From a virus (lineage: Duplodnaviria; Heunggongvirae; Uroviricota; Caudoviricetes), in the IMG/VR virus record IMGVR_UViG_2778261541_000006, positions 1-60,273 of that record: a stretch of DNA of 60,273 nucleotides, one strand, 5' to 3'. The stretch's first letter is position 1. Every line of letters begins with the position of its first letter. Shown here piece by piece: positions 10,652 through 23,160 of the stretch. The notes beneath the pieces were generated by a model. That model did not search any database, was not told the DNA's origin, and was given only the letters and a program-made list of their open reading frames with translations. A program made the position numbers and the translations under genes.

Positions 10652-11208
10652 ATGAAGGGAAAAACAGCCGCAGGAGGCGGTGCAATTTGCGCTATCGCGG
10701 TGATGATTACCATCGTGATGGGTAATGGCAATGTGCGAACCAACCAGGCGGGGCTTGAGCTTATCGGAAACGCTGAAGGTTGCCGACGTGATCCATACAT
10801 GTGCCCGGCGGGGTATGGACTGATGGGATCGGTAATACACACGGGGTAACGCCGGGTGTGCGAAAAACCGACCAGCAAATCGCCGCTGATTGGGAAAAGA
10901 ATATCCTGATCGCTGAACGCTGTATTAATCAGCACTTCCGGGGCAAAGACATGCCCGATAATGCCTTCAGTGCAATGACAAGCGCGGCATTCAATATGGG
11001 ATGCAATAGCTTACGGACCTACTACAGCAAAGCGCGAGGCATGCGAGTAGAAACGTCCATCCACAAGTGGGCGCAGAAAGAGGAATGGGTGAATATGTGT
11101 AACCATCTCCCTGATTTCGTGAACAGTAACGGCGTGCCCCTGCGAGGTTTAAAGATTCGCCGTGAAAAAGAACGCCAGCTTTGCCTGACGGGGCTGATCA
11201 ATGAATAA
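10652..11208 (+). pseudogene. lyz: SAR endolysin Lyz, interrupted by a -1 frameshift
   Basis: Two ORFs in different frames (10652..10849 and 10801..11208) together reproduce the P1 Lyz sequence as I recall it (SAR domain, Cys13, Glu42, Cys44, Cys51); the frame breaks inside a G run near 10809-10813. Confidence 0.7.
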
Positions 11209-11455
11209 ACTCCGGCAGCTCCGCCGACTTTCGACAATGAAGTTATCGCTGGCGGCGATAGTTTTCGACTCGATTTTCATGGCGGTATATGTGCTCAATG
11301 AGACGTGGCCACTGGAACCGCTATTATATGCCGGGCTTCGGCTGTGCCTGACATTTTTGAGCATGGCTGCGAGATTGATGCAGCAGAAAGAAACCGCTTC
11401 AGATTGTCCACGCCGCGCGGTGCGCAAATATATGGCACGCAGGCGAAGGCGATAA
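11201..11455 (+). CDS. small membrane protein downstream of lyz (LydD-like position)
   Basis: 84-aa ORF with a hydrophobic segment and basic C-terminus, overlapping the lyz stop. Confidence 0.35.
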   Translation: MNKLRQLRRLSTMKLSLAAIVFDSIFMAVYVLNETWPLEPLLYAGLRLCLTFLSMAARLMQQKETASDCPRRAVRKYMARRRRR

Positions 11456-11468
11456 TAGTTAACGATAA

Positions 11469-11496
11469 CCCCGGCAGCCGCCGGGGTTATTTTTGG
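11469..11496 (+). terminator. rho-independent terminator after the lyz cluster
   Basis: Hairpin CCCCGGC-AGCC-GCCGGGG followed by TTATTTTTGG. Confidence 0.5.
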
Positions 11497-11499
11497 TGG

Positions 11500-12835
11500 T
11501 TATCCGGTGCGCCGTAAAATCCCGTCCTTCAGGGAGGGGATATAAGGCGTGGTTTTCCACCTAACTGTTTTTGTTTAAAATAGTGGGATGAAGCGACTAC
11601 AAGCATTTAAATTCCAGTTAAGACCCGGTGGTCAACAGGAGCGTCAAATGAGGCTCTTTGCCGGAGCTTGTCGTTTCGTTTTCAATCGTGCACTGGCACT
11701 TCAGAATGAGAATTATGAGGCCGGGAATAAATACATCCCTTACACGAAAATGGCTTCCTGGTTGGTTGAGTGGAAAAAAGACACTGAAACCGAATGGCTT
11801 AAAGATTCTCCCTCACAGCCATTGCAGCAGTCACTGAAAGACCTTGAGCGGGCCTACAAAAATTTCTTCCAGAAGCGGGCGGCTTTTCCCCGATTCAAAA
11901 AGCGGGGACAGAATGATGCATTCCGCTACCCGCAGGGTGTTAAGCTCGACCAGGAAAACAGCCGTATTTTTCTGCCGAAACTTGGCTGGATGCGCTACCG
12001 TAACAGCCGGCAGGTCACGGGGATTGTGAAAAATGTCACTGTCAGCCAGTCCTGCGGTAAATGGTACATCAGTATTCAGACAGAAAGTGAAGTATCCACT
12101 CCTGTTCACCCTTCAGCATCAATGGTCGGACTGGATGCTGGCGTGGCCAGGCTCGCCACGCTGTCAGATGGCACAGTCTTTGAGCCTGTAAACAGTTTCC
12201 AGAAAAACCAGAAAAAGCTGGCGAGACTTCAGCGCCAGTTAAGCCGCAAGGTCAGATTCAGCAACAACTGGCAGAAGCAGAAACGCAAAATACAGCAACT
12301 GCACTCCCGTATCGCAAATATCCGCAGAGACTACCTTCATAAAGTCACAACGATCATCAGCAAAAACCACGCAATGATTGTCATTGAGGATTTGAAGGTT
12401 AAACACATGTCAAAGTCAGCGGCGGGTACGATAAGTCAGCCGGGTCGCAATGTCCGGGCAAAATCAGGTTTAAACCGTTCGATACTGGATCAGGGCTGGT
12501 ATGAAATGCGCCGCCAGCTTGAGTACAAGCAGCTCTGGCGTGGCGGTCAGGTGCTTGCTGTTCCGCCAGCGTACACAAGCCAGCGTTGCGCGTGCTGTGG
12601 TCATACAGCGAAAGAAAATCGCCTGTCACAAAGTAAATTCAGATGCCAGGTATGTGGATATACAGCGAACGCCGATGTAAACGGCGCTCGTAACATTTTA
12701 GCGGCGGGGCACGCCGTTCTTGCCTGTGGAGGGATGGTGCAGTCAGGCCGCCCGTTGAAGCAGGAACCCACCGAAATGATTCAGGCGACAGCCTGAACGT
12801 AGCAGGAATCCACGCCCGTCAGGGCGTGGAGGGTG

Positions 12836-12860
<25 letters not shown>
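11500..12860 (+). mobile_element. IS200/IS605-family element (IS609/InsQ-like), tnpB only
   Basis: Contains a full-length TnpB ORF; no tnpA (Y1 HUH transposase) ORF adjacent; imperfect palindrome CCACGCCCGTCAGGGCGTGG just 3' of tnpB is typical of a right-end hairpin; boundaries approximate. Confidence 0.5.
11588..12796 (+). CDS. tnpB: TnpB (InsQ-like) RuvC/zinc-finger nuclease of IS200/IS605 family
   Basis: 402-aa translation is near-identical, from memory, to E. coli InsQ (IS609 OrfB); C-terminal CxxC...CxxC zinc finger (CACCGH...CQVCGY). Confidence 0.85.
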   Translation: MKRLQAFKFQLRPGGQQERQMRLFAGACRFVFNRALALQNENYEAGNKYIPYTKMASWLVEWKKDTETEWLKDSPSQPLQQSLKDLERAYKNFFQKRAAFPRFKKRGQNDAFRYPQGVKLDQENSRIFLPKLGWMRYRNSRQVTGIVKNVTVSQSCGKWYISIQTESEVSTPVHPSASMVGLDAGVARLATLSDGTVFEPVNSFQKNQKKLARLQRQLSRKVRFSNNWQKQKRKIQQLHSRIANIRRDYLHKVTTIISKNHAMIVIEDLKVKHMSKSAAGTISQPGRNVRAKSGLNRSILDQGWYEMRRQLEYKQLWRGGQVLAVPPAYTSQRCACCGHTAKENRLSQSKFRCQVCGYTANADVNGARNILAAGHAVLACGGMVQSGRPLKQEPTEMIQATA

Positions 12861-15566
<2,706 letters not shown>

Positions 15567-15632
15567 TTAATTAGAATAATTCGCATCGTGTTTGAACGGA
15601 ATTTAACACTAGTCACTTGTTAAGGATTACCA

Positions 15633-18600
15633 ATGAACAAGCTATCTATGTGGGTGTTTCGCTGTTCAAGTGTCAGCGAAATATTAAAATACATTAGGGC
15701 AATAACATCTCACCGAGCGCCGATTAAATACGGCGTGGAAAAGGTGGAAGGCAAAAGCTATGACCGACTGCGCCGGGAGGCGAATCAGAAGGCGATAGAT
15801 TTGCTTAATTCGCTGGTGGACGGCGCGACACTGACAGATGAACAGCGCCAGATCCTGGCTGGGTACACCGGTGAAGGCGGCATTGGCGGGTCCGTCTCCG
15901 AATATTACACACCAAAGCCGATCGCTGAAGGTGTCTGGGAGATCATGAAGCTCTACGGCGCGGACGTAGGTAACACTCTGGAACCATCGGCGGGAACCGG
16001 CGTTTTTAATGAGACAAAGCCGGTTGGTACGGTGATGACCGCGACTGAGATCAGCAGTGTTTCCGGTCGTATAAACCAGTTGTTACACCCGGAAGACAGC
16101 GTACAGATTTCCCCGTTCGAACAGCTGGCTGTAAGCACGCCTAACGATTCATTCGACCATGTTGTGGGTAACGTTCCGTTCGGTGGTCGTGATAACACAC
16201 GCAACATCGATAAGCCTTACGCAGAAGAAACGGACATGGGTTCTTACTTCATGCTCCGCATGCTGGACAAGATAAAGCCTAGCGGATTCATGTGTGTGAT
16301 TGTGCCGCCGTCCATTGTTTCAGGTTCAAACATGAAGCGGTTACGCCTGCGCCTATCCCGTAAAGCTGAATTTCTTGGCGCTCACCGCTTGCCTACCGGT
16401 ACTTTTGACGCAAACGGGACCAGTACGGTCGTTGACGTGGTGCTGATGCGCAAACATCCGGCGGAGATGGCTGAGAAAATCCCCCTGGTGGATGAAGGCA
16501 CTCTTGAATCGGCAAATGTGCTTTGGCCAACGTTTATTTCTGGCAAGTGGTTTGAAAAGGATGGCCGCCGGTTTGTTCATGGCACCCAGGAAAAGGGCTT
16601 CCAGGGGCGTATTGAGGTTCGTGCCGACGGGCAGATTGATAACCAGGCTCTTAAAGCGAAGCTGATTCATCGTTTCGAAAGTCGTATCGACTGGTCTTTG
16701 CTCGATATGGCTGAACCGTCACCGACCGCAGATGTTGTTGATGAAGGGGAAATGCGCCTGATTAATGGCGTATGGCAAAAATATGCTGGTGGTCGCTGGA
16801 TTGAAGCTGATGCCGGTAAGGCGCTTAAGATTGATGCTGCCAGTTATGGCGCGGATAGCTGGGAGGCTCTTCAGCGTAACCTGACTACAACAGAAGGCCG
16901 TCTCGGTATGACATTTACCCAGATGGCAAATGTCCGCGATAAGTACACCACATCAATCAGCGACGATATGGTGCAGCTGGTGGACTGGATTAACAGCCAG
17001 CCTGAAAAATACCGTGAACGCTTGTATCGTGGGGCGATGATTGGCCGGATGTTAATTGAATATCAGGATATGAAGGCCGCCGGGCATAGTGCTGAACAAA
17101 TCGAACAGCAGCGCCTTTCTCTGGTATCCCGTTTGCAGGCAGAGATTGACCGTTTTGGTAACCCCGGTCGCGGTCCGATAGCTAAATTATCAGGAAGCGG
17201 TGCGCGCGCCTGGTTTGCTTTCCGTGGTGCAATTAAGCTGGATGGCACTATTTCTGACGAGCTGACAGGAAAGCTGGTTACGCATGATTCCAGCGCCAGT
17301 TATGACTCCACCAGCTATCAGGACACCCTGCGTTATCTCTATAGCGATCTTACCCGCGATCCAATCCAGCTCGATGATTTCCGCCTTGCGTTTACCGGCG
17401 AACTGCCAGCCAGTGATGAAGAGTTGCTTAATTTATTGGCCAGCACCCCTGGTATTGCGGTTTCACCGTATGGCGGGATTGTTCCGTTCGCCCGCGCCAC
17501 CAGCGGCGACATTAACGAGATAGTGGCTCCAAAACAGGAATTTCTTGCCACACTCCCCGACGGTCCAGTAAAGAACAACGTCCTTAATCAGCTGGCAGCG
17601 ATCGAAGAGAAGCGCATCAAGACGCCAGCAGAGAATATCCGCTTTAAGCTCAATAGCCGTTGGTTCGACCGCTCCGTCATTCTGGAGTTTTTGCAGGAAA
17701 ACGGCTATCCGGATCTGCGCTATGTGCAGTCAGTGCAGCTGGAAGGCGACGAAATGGTTTCTGACACCTATCACGGTGGTGATGGTCTGTTCGTCGGGCA
17801 CCGATACGGTGTCGTCCAGCGCAAGGATAAAGAAACAGGCGAGATCCGCTACGAGTGGGACCGTAAATCAGGTGAAAACGCGACCGGGTTCCCGGCACAG
17901 CTGGAAAAGTATCTCAATGGTGCGCGTATCGGTGGCAAAGATAGCGCGACGGCGAACGGCTACCGCGAGCAGATGGCACTGCTTGAGGACCAGTTCAATA
18001 AGTGGATCAAGACGCACGATCGCTACGATGAGCTGGTTGCCAAATACAACGATGTGTTCAATAGCAATATCCCGTATGAACACTCTGGCGATCCGCTTGG
18101 GTTGAAGGGATTAAGCGGTAAGCGCCAGCCATTTGATTACCAGAATAGCGAGGTGCGCCGACTGTCCGAAGATGGGCGCGGCATCCTGGGCTTCGGCACC
18201 GGGCTGGGTAAAACGACGACCGCGCTGGCGCTTGAGGCGTTCAACTATGAGAACGGTCGCTCCACCCGTACTGCTTATGTAGTGCCTAAATCAGTGCTGG
18301 AAAACTGGTATTACGAAGCAAAAGAGTTCCTGAGTGAAGAGGCATTCAGTAACTACCTGTTCGTCGGTCTTGATGTGCTGATGGATGGCGATCAGATTCG
18401 CCAGGTGCCGGTGCTCAATGAGAACGGTAAACCTGTTCTTGGTACTGATGGCACTCCAGTTATGCGCGATGCTCTTAAGCTGGCAGATGAAGCCACTATC
18501 ACGGCGCGGATGAACGCGATCCCGCACTCAAACTACCGTGCAGTCGTGTTTACCAAAGAACAATACGCCCGCATTCCGCTACGTGATGACACCGTAGATG

Positions 18601-21600
18601 AGCATGCACAAGACATGCTTTATGACTTCGTTGCTGCCGGGCGTGTGGCCAGCGCAATGGACTCCGATTCCCATCGCAAAGAGGCGGCGCGTCGCCGGGT
18701 ATTGTCGGAGTATTCAGATACCGGTACCGAAAAAGCAGAGAAGTATCCGTACTTTGAGGATATGGGCTTCGACAGCGTGATTGCTGACGAAGGCCACAAC
18801 TACCGCAATAGCTATAAAAATGGTCGCGAAGCGTCACAGCTGGCCTATCTGCCCACCAGCGCGGTGGCGCAATCGGCGCGAGATATGGCAATCAAAAACG
18901 CGTACCTGATGAAAAAGAATGGCGGGCGCGGACCGGTTCTCCTGACTGCAACGCCAGTCGTTAACACCCCGATCGATGCATACAACATGCTTTCTCATGT
19001 TCTGCCGAAGGAATACTGGCAGAAGATGGGGATCTACAGTCCTGATGACTTCGTTAAATTCTTCGGCAAGACCAGGCTGGAAACGGTACAGAAAATCAGC
19101 GGCGAAGTTGAAGAAAAAATGGCGCTGGTGGGTTTTGAAAACCTTGATGCGCTGCGCGGCATATTCCATCGCTGGACAACGCTTAAAACGGCGGAAGACG
19201 TTAAGGATACCGTGGAGATCCCGGAACTGGACGAACACCAGCAGGATGCACCACTTACTGAAGAACAACTGGCGGCGTATGAAGAATTGCGTCAGCAGGC
19301 GGAAGCGGCAGCAAAAGCCAACAATGGCGTAACGACCTCGGTCAATGAAGACGGCGTGATTGAGCACGAGAAAGCCAGTCCGATCTTCTCAATAATCAGG
19401 GATATGGACCGCGTATGTACTGACATGGACCTGTACTATCGCCGGATCACCTATCGTTTCCTGCCGGAGTACGCCGATGCGGTGCAGCAGCTGGCGGACA
19501 GTTTGCCTAAACAAGCCACCAGCGAAGACGACGACAGTGATGATTCAATCACGCAGCAATCGCAATACTCCCTGATAGATAAGGGCGAGTTTATTCAGTT
19601 GCAGGTTCCGGAAGCGTTCGAGCAGGAAGTGAATAAGCGCCTGGCCAAGTTTGGCATTGACGAACAGACCGTAACTCACCCCGTTACACCCAAATACGCG
19701 AAGCTGATCGCCACGCTGAAGGAGTTTTTCCCGGAAGGTAAGCAAATCATCTTCACCGATGAAAAAACGCAGCACCAGAAGCTCAAGCGCATTATCTGCA
19801 ATGCTCTTAACCTTGAACCTTCAAAGGTGGGGATCCTGAATGCTCAGACGGTTGCCGAGGCAGGTAAAACCGGTAAGAAACTGAAAGCGGTTAAACCGCC
19901 GAAAGAGTTACCGGATGAACCAACAGATGCACAGATAGCGAAATACAACGAGCAAATGGTTCTGTATGACGCCTATATCGCGCAGCAAAATGAAATGTCG
20001 TTGGGCGGTCTGGAAAAGATTGCAGCCGACTTCCAGGAGGGCCGGACTCCGATCATCATCTGCAACAAAAAGGCAGAGGTGGGTATCAACCTGCATCGAG
20101 GAACGACTGACATCCATCATCTGACGTTGCCATGGACACCAGCCAGTATCGCACAGCGTAACGGTCGCGGTGCCCGAGTTGGCTCCAACCGTGCAAGCGT
20201 TCGCGTTCATTACTACTGCGGCAAGGGTTCTTTCGATGAATACCGACTGAAGACGCTGAAACGTAAAGCAGGCTGGATCTCCGATATCCTCCGTTCAGAT
20301 AAGTCAGAAATGGAGAACGCCGACGCCAACGATATGATCGAAATGCAGATGTATACCGCTAAGGATGATGGCGAACGTCTGGCAATGATGCAGGTTCAAA
20401 TGGATAAGGCGAAAGCCGCGCAACGCGCTCGCCAGAAAGAACAGGCTACTATCGACCTTCAGAACTACATCAAGGCGCAGCACGCAGCTGGCGAGGATGT
20501 GGAGGTACTTACCGCTGAATTAGAGCGAAGCAAAGCGGAACTTGAAAAGACCTCCGCCGAGGTAGCTAAATTCAAACAGGCGGTAATGGCCAAAGCAGCT
20601 GATAACGCAGACTGGAAGGCCCGCTGGGGTAGCGTCCATCACACAGACCGTACGTTGTTAGCACAGTATCGCGCGTCGTTGAAAAGCGCCATTCAGCGCA
20701 AGGCTAATATCTCTCAAGCCATCTCCCGCTATGAGAAATTATTGAACCGTACTCAGAAGGCCGCGACGGATATCAAACGCCTGCGCCCGCTGGTGGAGGA
20801 TGCAATAAATAAAGGCATTCTGGATGTTGATCCTGACCTGGTTAACCATGCGAGTGAGTTCCTTGTTATCGGCGATCGCTCATGGCGTGTAGGCCAATAC
20901 TACGATTGTGCCGGTGATATCGTTCGCATTAAGTCGCTGGACTTCGACAGCCAGCGCGCAGACGTGGAGATCATCTTTACCTTAAGAGGCACCAAATCGG
21001 GTAACTGGGATGTGAAGACGCTGGATAAACAGGTGGATGTAACTCCCGATGAAGATGCTGTTATGCAGAAAATCAGTGGTGGCGTCTCCATCGCCGGGAT
21101 TAACGACATCATTTCCTGTGACGATTTCTACCGTTTCCAGCAGCGCGGCATGATCAAAATCACTGACTCATACGGCGTTCAGACTACAGAGTCAGGCTAT
21201 AGCATTGATTTTGTTGGTACCTATACGGACCCACTGAAGCATGCGGTTTACCCGGATCGCCGTGACGGCGCGCTGAAGTCGTCAATTGCAAAATGGGTGC
21301 TTGGTATGATGTCGGAAGGGAATAACCGCCAGATCCGTTCGGCAGAAACATTCCTGGTTGAATTGTTTGGCTCCAATTATGGCGATGTAATCGCGTCATA
21401 CGGAGATACGCTATCCCCTGAAGCAATTCAGGAGAAAATAGCGGATGCGATCGCAAAAATGCCGGAGAAAACAAGCCAGGGGGCTACTCGTAACGGGGAT
21501 TCTGAACTTGAGGTCACCAATGCCATTTTCGGTACCCATGAGTTCCGGGCGTCAGATTATGAGATCACCACAGCACAGTTTGGCACCATTGGCATTTACA

Positions 21601-22400
21601 GCAATAAAGCCGAGATCAAGCAGGCAATGGACGCAGCAAACGCGCGCATCGCAGCAGAACGGGAAGCCAATCTGAATCATGCAGTCGCCGCACTGACTCA
21701 ATCGTGGGTAACAGCAATCAGGGAGGCCGCCACCACAGGGAAAATCACACCTGCAATTGCGGATGTCGTAAACGCCGGCTCTAAATTTATGGATGCCTAT
21801 CAAATGGATGCGGTGCAGTTGCCATCAGCCTATGGCCAACTCAGCTATCGCATGACCTACAACCTGGTATCAATGTTTTCCGACCTTGCCATCCTTGGGC
21901 TGGTGGATCTTAACGAGGTTACGCCGGAATTGCTCAGCATGCGCAAGAATCATGTGGAGATATTGCAGAGAATTAACACGGTTCTTGCCGGGCGCACCGA
22001 TGAAGAGAAACAGGCCGACGCTGATCGGATAAACCTGGCCCTTGGCAACATCACGGAGGAAGAAATTGCCGCCAGAAACGAGAAACAAGAAGAGTTATCA
22101 TCAATACAGGGTGATGCCACCAGCATAGCTCAGTCTCTTGGTCTGAATTATCGCGTATCCACCGCCGACCTGAAGATGATGTACGCACCGAAATTCGCCG
22201 CTGGCGAGGTATTTGGGCTTCAGGAAGCCTCAGGCATGAAAGGCGTTCTTTTCCGTGCGAAAGACGCAATCAAGGCGAAATTCGGCGCTCGCTGGCTGCC
22301 AGCGAAGGCGAAGAACAGCGATTTCCCGGGTAACTGGTGGATTATCGAGACAAAACACAACGTGGCGGACGTTCTGGCCGTCATCCAACAATACGCATAA
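15633..22400 (+). CDS. darB: DarB antirestriction protein (N6-adenine methyltransferase plus helicase domains)
   Basis: 2255-aa ORF, the size of P1 DarB; N-terminal MTase-like region (NVPFGG) and helicase motifs (GFGTGLGKTT, DEGHNYRN). Confidence 0.9.
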   Translation: MNKLSMWVFRCSSVSEILKYIRAITSHRAPIKYGVEKVEGKSYDRLRREANQKAIDLLNSLVDGATLTDEQRQILAGYTGEGGIGGSVSEYYTPKPIAEGVWEIMKLYGADVGNTLEPSAGTGVFNETKPVGTVMTATEISSVSGRINQLLHPEDSVQISPFEQLAVSTPNDSFDHVVGNVPFGGRDNTRNIDKPYAEETDMGSYFMLRMLDKIKPSGFMCVIVPPSIVSGSNMKRLRLRLSRKAEFLGAHRLPTGTFDANGTSTVVDVVLMRKHPAEMAEKIPLVDEGTLESANVLWPTFISGKWFEKDGRRFVHGTQEKGFQGRIEVRADGQIDNQALKAKLIHRFESRIDWSLLDMAEPSPTADVVDEGEMRLINGVWQKYAGGRWIEADAGKALKIDAASYGADSWEALQRNLTTTEGRLGMTFTQMANVRDKYTTSISDDMVQLVDWINSQPEKYRERLYRGAMIGRMLIEYQDMKAAGHSAEQIEQQRLSLVSRLQAEIDRFGNPGRGPIAKLSGSGARAWFAFRGAIKLDGTISDELTGKLVTHDSSASYDSTSYQDTLRYLYSDLTRDPIQLDDFRLAFTGELPASDEELLNLLASTPGIAVSPYGGIVPFARATSGDINEIVAPKQEFLATLPDGPVKNNVLNQLAAIEEKRIKTPAENIRFKLNSRWFDRSVILEFLQENGYPDLRYVQSVQLEGDEMVSDTYHGGDGLFVGHRYGVVQRKDKETGEIRYEWDRKSGENATGFPAQLEKYLNGARIGGKDSATANGYREQMALLEDQFNKWIKTHDRYDELVAKYNDVFNSNIPYEHSGDPLGLKGLSGKRQPFDYQNSEVRRLSEDGRGILGFGTGLGKTTTALALEAFNYENGRSTRTAYVVPKSVLENWYYEAKEFLSEEAFSNYLFVGLDVLMDGDQIRQVPVLNENGKPVLGTDGTPVMRDALKLADEATITARMNAIPHSNYRAVVFTKEQYARIPLRDDTVDEHAQDMLYDFVAAGRVASAMDSDSHRKEAARRRVLSEYSDTGTEKAEKYPYFEDMGFDSVIADEGHNYRNSYKNGREASQLAYLPTSAVAQSARDMAIKNAYLMKKNGGRGPVLLTATPVVNTPIDAYNMLSHVLPKEYWQKMGIYSPDDFVKFFGKTRLETVQKISGEVEEKMALVGFENLDALRGIFHRWTTLKTAEDVKDTVEIPELDEHQQDAPLTEEQLAAYEELRQQAEAAAKANNGVTTSVNEDGVIEHEKASPIFSIIRDMDRVCTDMDLYYRRITYRFLPEYADAVQQLADSLPKQATSEDDDSDDSITQQSQYSLIDKGEFIQLQVPEAFEQEVNKRLAKFGIDEQTVTHPVTPKYAKLIATLKEFFPEGKQIIFTDEKTQHQKLKRIICNALNLEPSKVGILNAQTVAEAGKTGKKLKAVKPPKELPDEPTDAQIAKYNEQMVLYDAYIAQQNEMSLGGLEKIAADFQEGRTPIIICNKKAEVGINLHRGTTDIHHLTLPWTPASIAQRNGRGARVGSNRASVRVHYYCGKGSFDEYRLKTLKRKAGWISDILRSDKSEMENADANDMIEMQMYTAKDDGERLAMMQVQMDKAKAAQRARQKEQATIDLQNYIKAQHAAGEDVEVLTAELERSKAELEKTSAEVAKFKQAVMAKAADNADWKARWGSVHHTDRTLLAQYRASLKSAIQRKANISQAISRYEKLLNRTQKAATDIKRLRPLVEDAINKGILDVDPDLVNHASEFLVIGDRSWRVGQYYDCAGDIVRIKSLDFDSQRADVEIIFTLRGTKSGNWDVKTLDKQVDVTPDEDAVMQKISGGVSIAGINDIISCDDFYRFQQRGMIKITDSYGVQTTESGYSIDFVGTYTDPLKHAVYPDRRDGALKSSIAKWVLGMMSEGNNRQIRSAETFLVELFGSNYGDVIASYGDTLSPEAIQEKIADAIAKMPEKTSQGATRNGDSELEVTNAIFGTHEFRASDYEITTAQFGTIGIYSNKAEIKQAMDAANARIAAEREANLNHAVAALTQSWVTAIREAATTGKITPAIADVVNAGSKFMDAYQMDAVQLPSAYGQLSYRMTYNLVSMFSDLAILGLVDLNEVTPELLSMRKNHVEILQRINTVLAGRTDEEKQADADRINLALGNITEEEIAARNEKQEELSSIQGDATSIAQSLGLNYRVSTADLKMMYAPKFAAGEVFGLQEASGMKGVLFRAKDAIKAKFGARWLPAKAKNSDFPGNWWIIETKHNVADVLAVIQQYA

Positions 22401-22433
22401 CAGGAGCGCCCGGTTCGCCGGGCGTCGCATAAT

Positions 22434-22874
22434 ATGGCCACACTATCTGATACAATAAAACCGAATAAAACATATCTTGAGGCGGTACTCCGTACAGCGT
22501 TGTTAGGAAAGACAGAAGACGAATACGTTGATTTCTTCCTGTCAGGGCTACGCGGGCTATTACTGAAAAATCCCCGCCTGTACCGCAGCTATGGTCCATA
22601 CTGGCCGGAAATTAAAAAATTATTACTGGAGCGCGGTTATGGTAATTTCGGTCGTCTCGTTGACCGTGACGTTCGCAAAATTTACCGTTATGACCGCCCG
22701 GCGCTGACGCTCATAGCCGCGACGCTCTACAGCCAGGAGCGTTTTGATAATGGTCAGATATACTCAGCCTGGCATTTACTGCCAGTGCCTGAAGAGGTTG
22801 ACGACCAGGACTATGAGTTTGAGTCTTACGATTTGGAAGTTGAAGCCTTGGCACAGGCTGGAGAGAAAACTTGA
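22434..22874 (+). CDS. ulx: Ulx
   Basis: 146-aa ORF immediately downstream of darB; size and position match P1 ulx. Confidence 0.55.
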   Translation: MATLSDTIKPNKTYLEAVLRTALLGKTEDEYVDFFLSGLRGLLLKNPRLYRSYGPYWPEIKKLLLERGYGNFGRLVDRDVRKIYRYDRPALTLIAATLYSQERFDNGQIYSAWHLLPVPEEVDDQDYEFESYDLEVEALAQAGEKT

Positions 22875-23119
22875 AAAAGCGATACTACACAGTAAAGCAT
22901 GGGACGCTACGAGCATTACAAGAGTTTGCTGACAAGCACAACGTTGAGGTGCGCAGGGAAGGGGGAAGTAAAGCTCTGCGCATGTACCGCCCGGACGGGA
23001 AATGGCGGACGGTCGTCGATTTCAAAACTAACAGTGTTCCCCAAGGTGTCCGCGACCGGGCATTCGAAGAATGGGAGCAGATCATCATAGATAACGCATT
23101 GCTTCTGAATGCTGATTAA
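22871..23119 (+). CDS. lxc: Lxc/Bof, C1 co-repressor
   Basis: 82-aa ORF overlapping ulx stop; P1 Bof/Lxc is 82 aa at this position. Confidence 0.5.
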   Translation: MKKRYYTVKHGTLRALQEFADKHNVEVRREGGSKALRMYRPDGKWRTVVDFKTNSVPQGVRDRAFEEWEQIIIDNALLLNAD

Positions 23120-23122
23120 GAA

Positions 23123-23152
23123 CTCTCCGGCCTAGGGAGATTAGGCCGGAGA
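23123..23152. terminator. bidirectional hairpin between lxc and the SIR2 gene
   Basis: Inverted repeat TCTCCGGCCTAG / TAGGCCGGAGA flanked by AT-rich sequence between convergent genes. Confidence 0.4.
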
Positions 23153-23160
23153 TAAATATA

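Noticed and set aside
11469-11496. GC hairpin CCCCGGCAGCCGCCGGGG considered as the left-end hairpin of the IS200/IS605 element
   Set aside because: It is followed directly by a T run and sits just after the lyz-cluster ORF stop, so an intrinsic terminator is the simpler reading; the true IS left end cannot be fixed without a reference.
15601-15632. AACACTAGTCAC palindrome upstream of darB considered as an Lpa-dependent late promoter element
   Set aside because: I cannot reliably recall the P1 late promoter consensus, and the motif lies only about 20 bp from the start codon; not called.
18834-19367. 177-aa minus-strand ORF (and similar antisense ORFs inside darB, ddrB, hsdR)
   Set aside because: Entirely embedded antisense within long, well-supported genes, with no start context; treated as chance ORFs.
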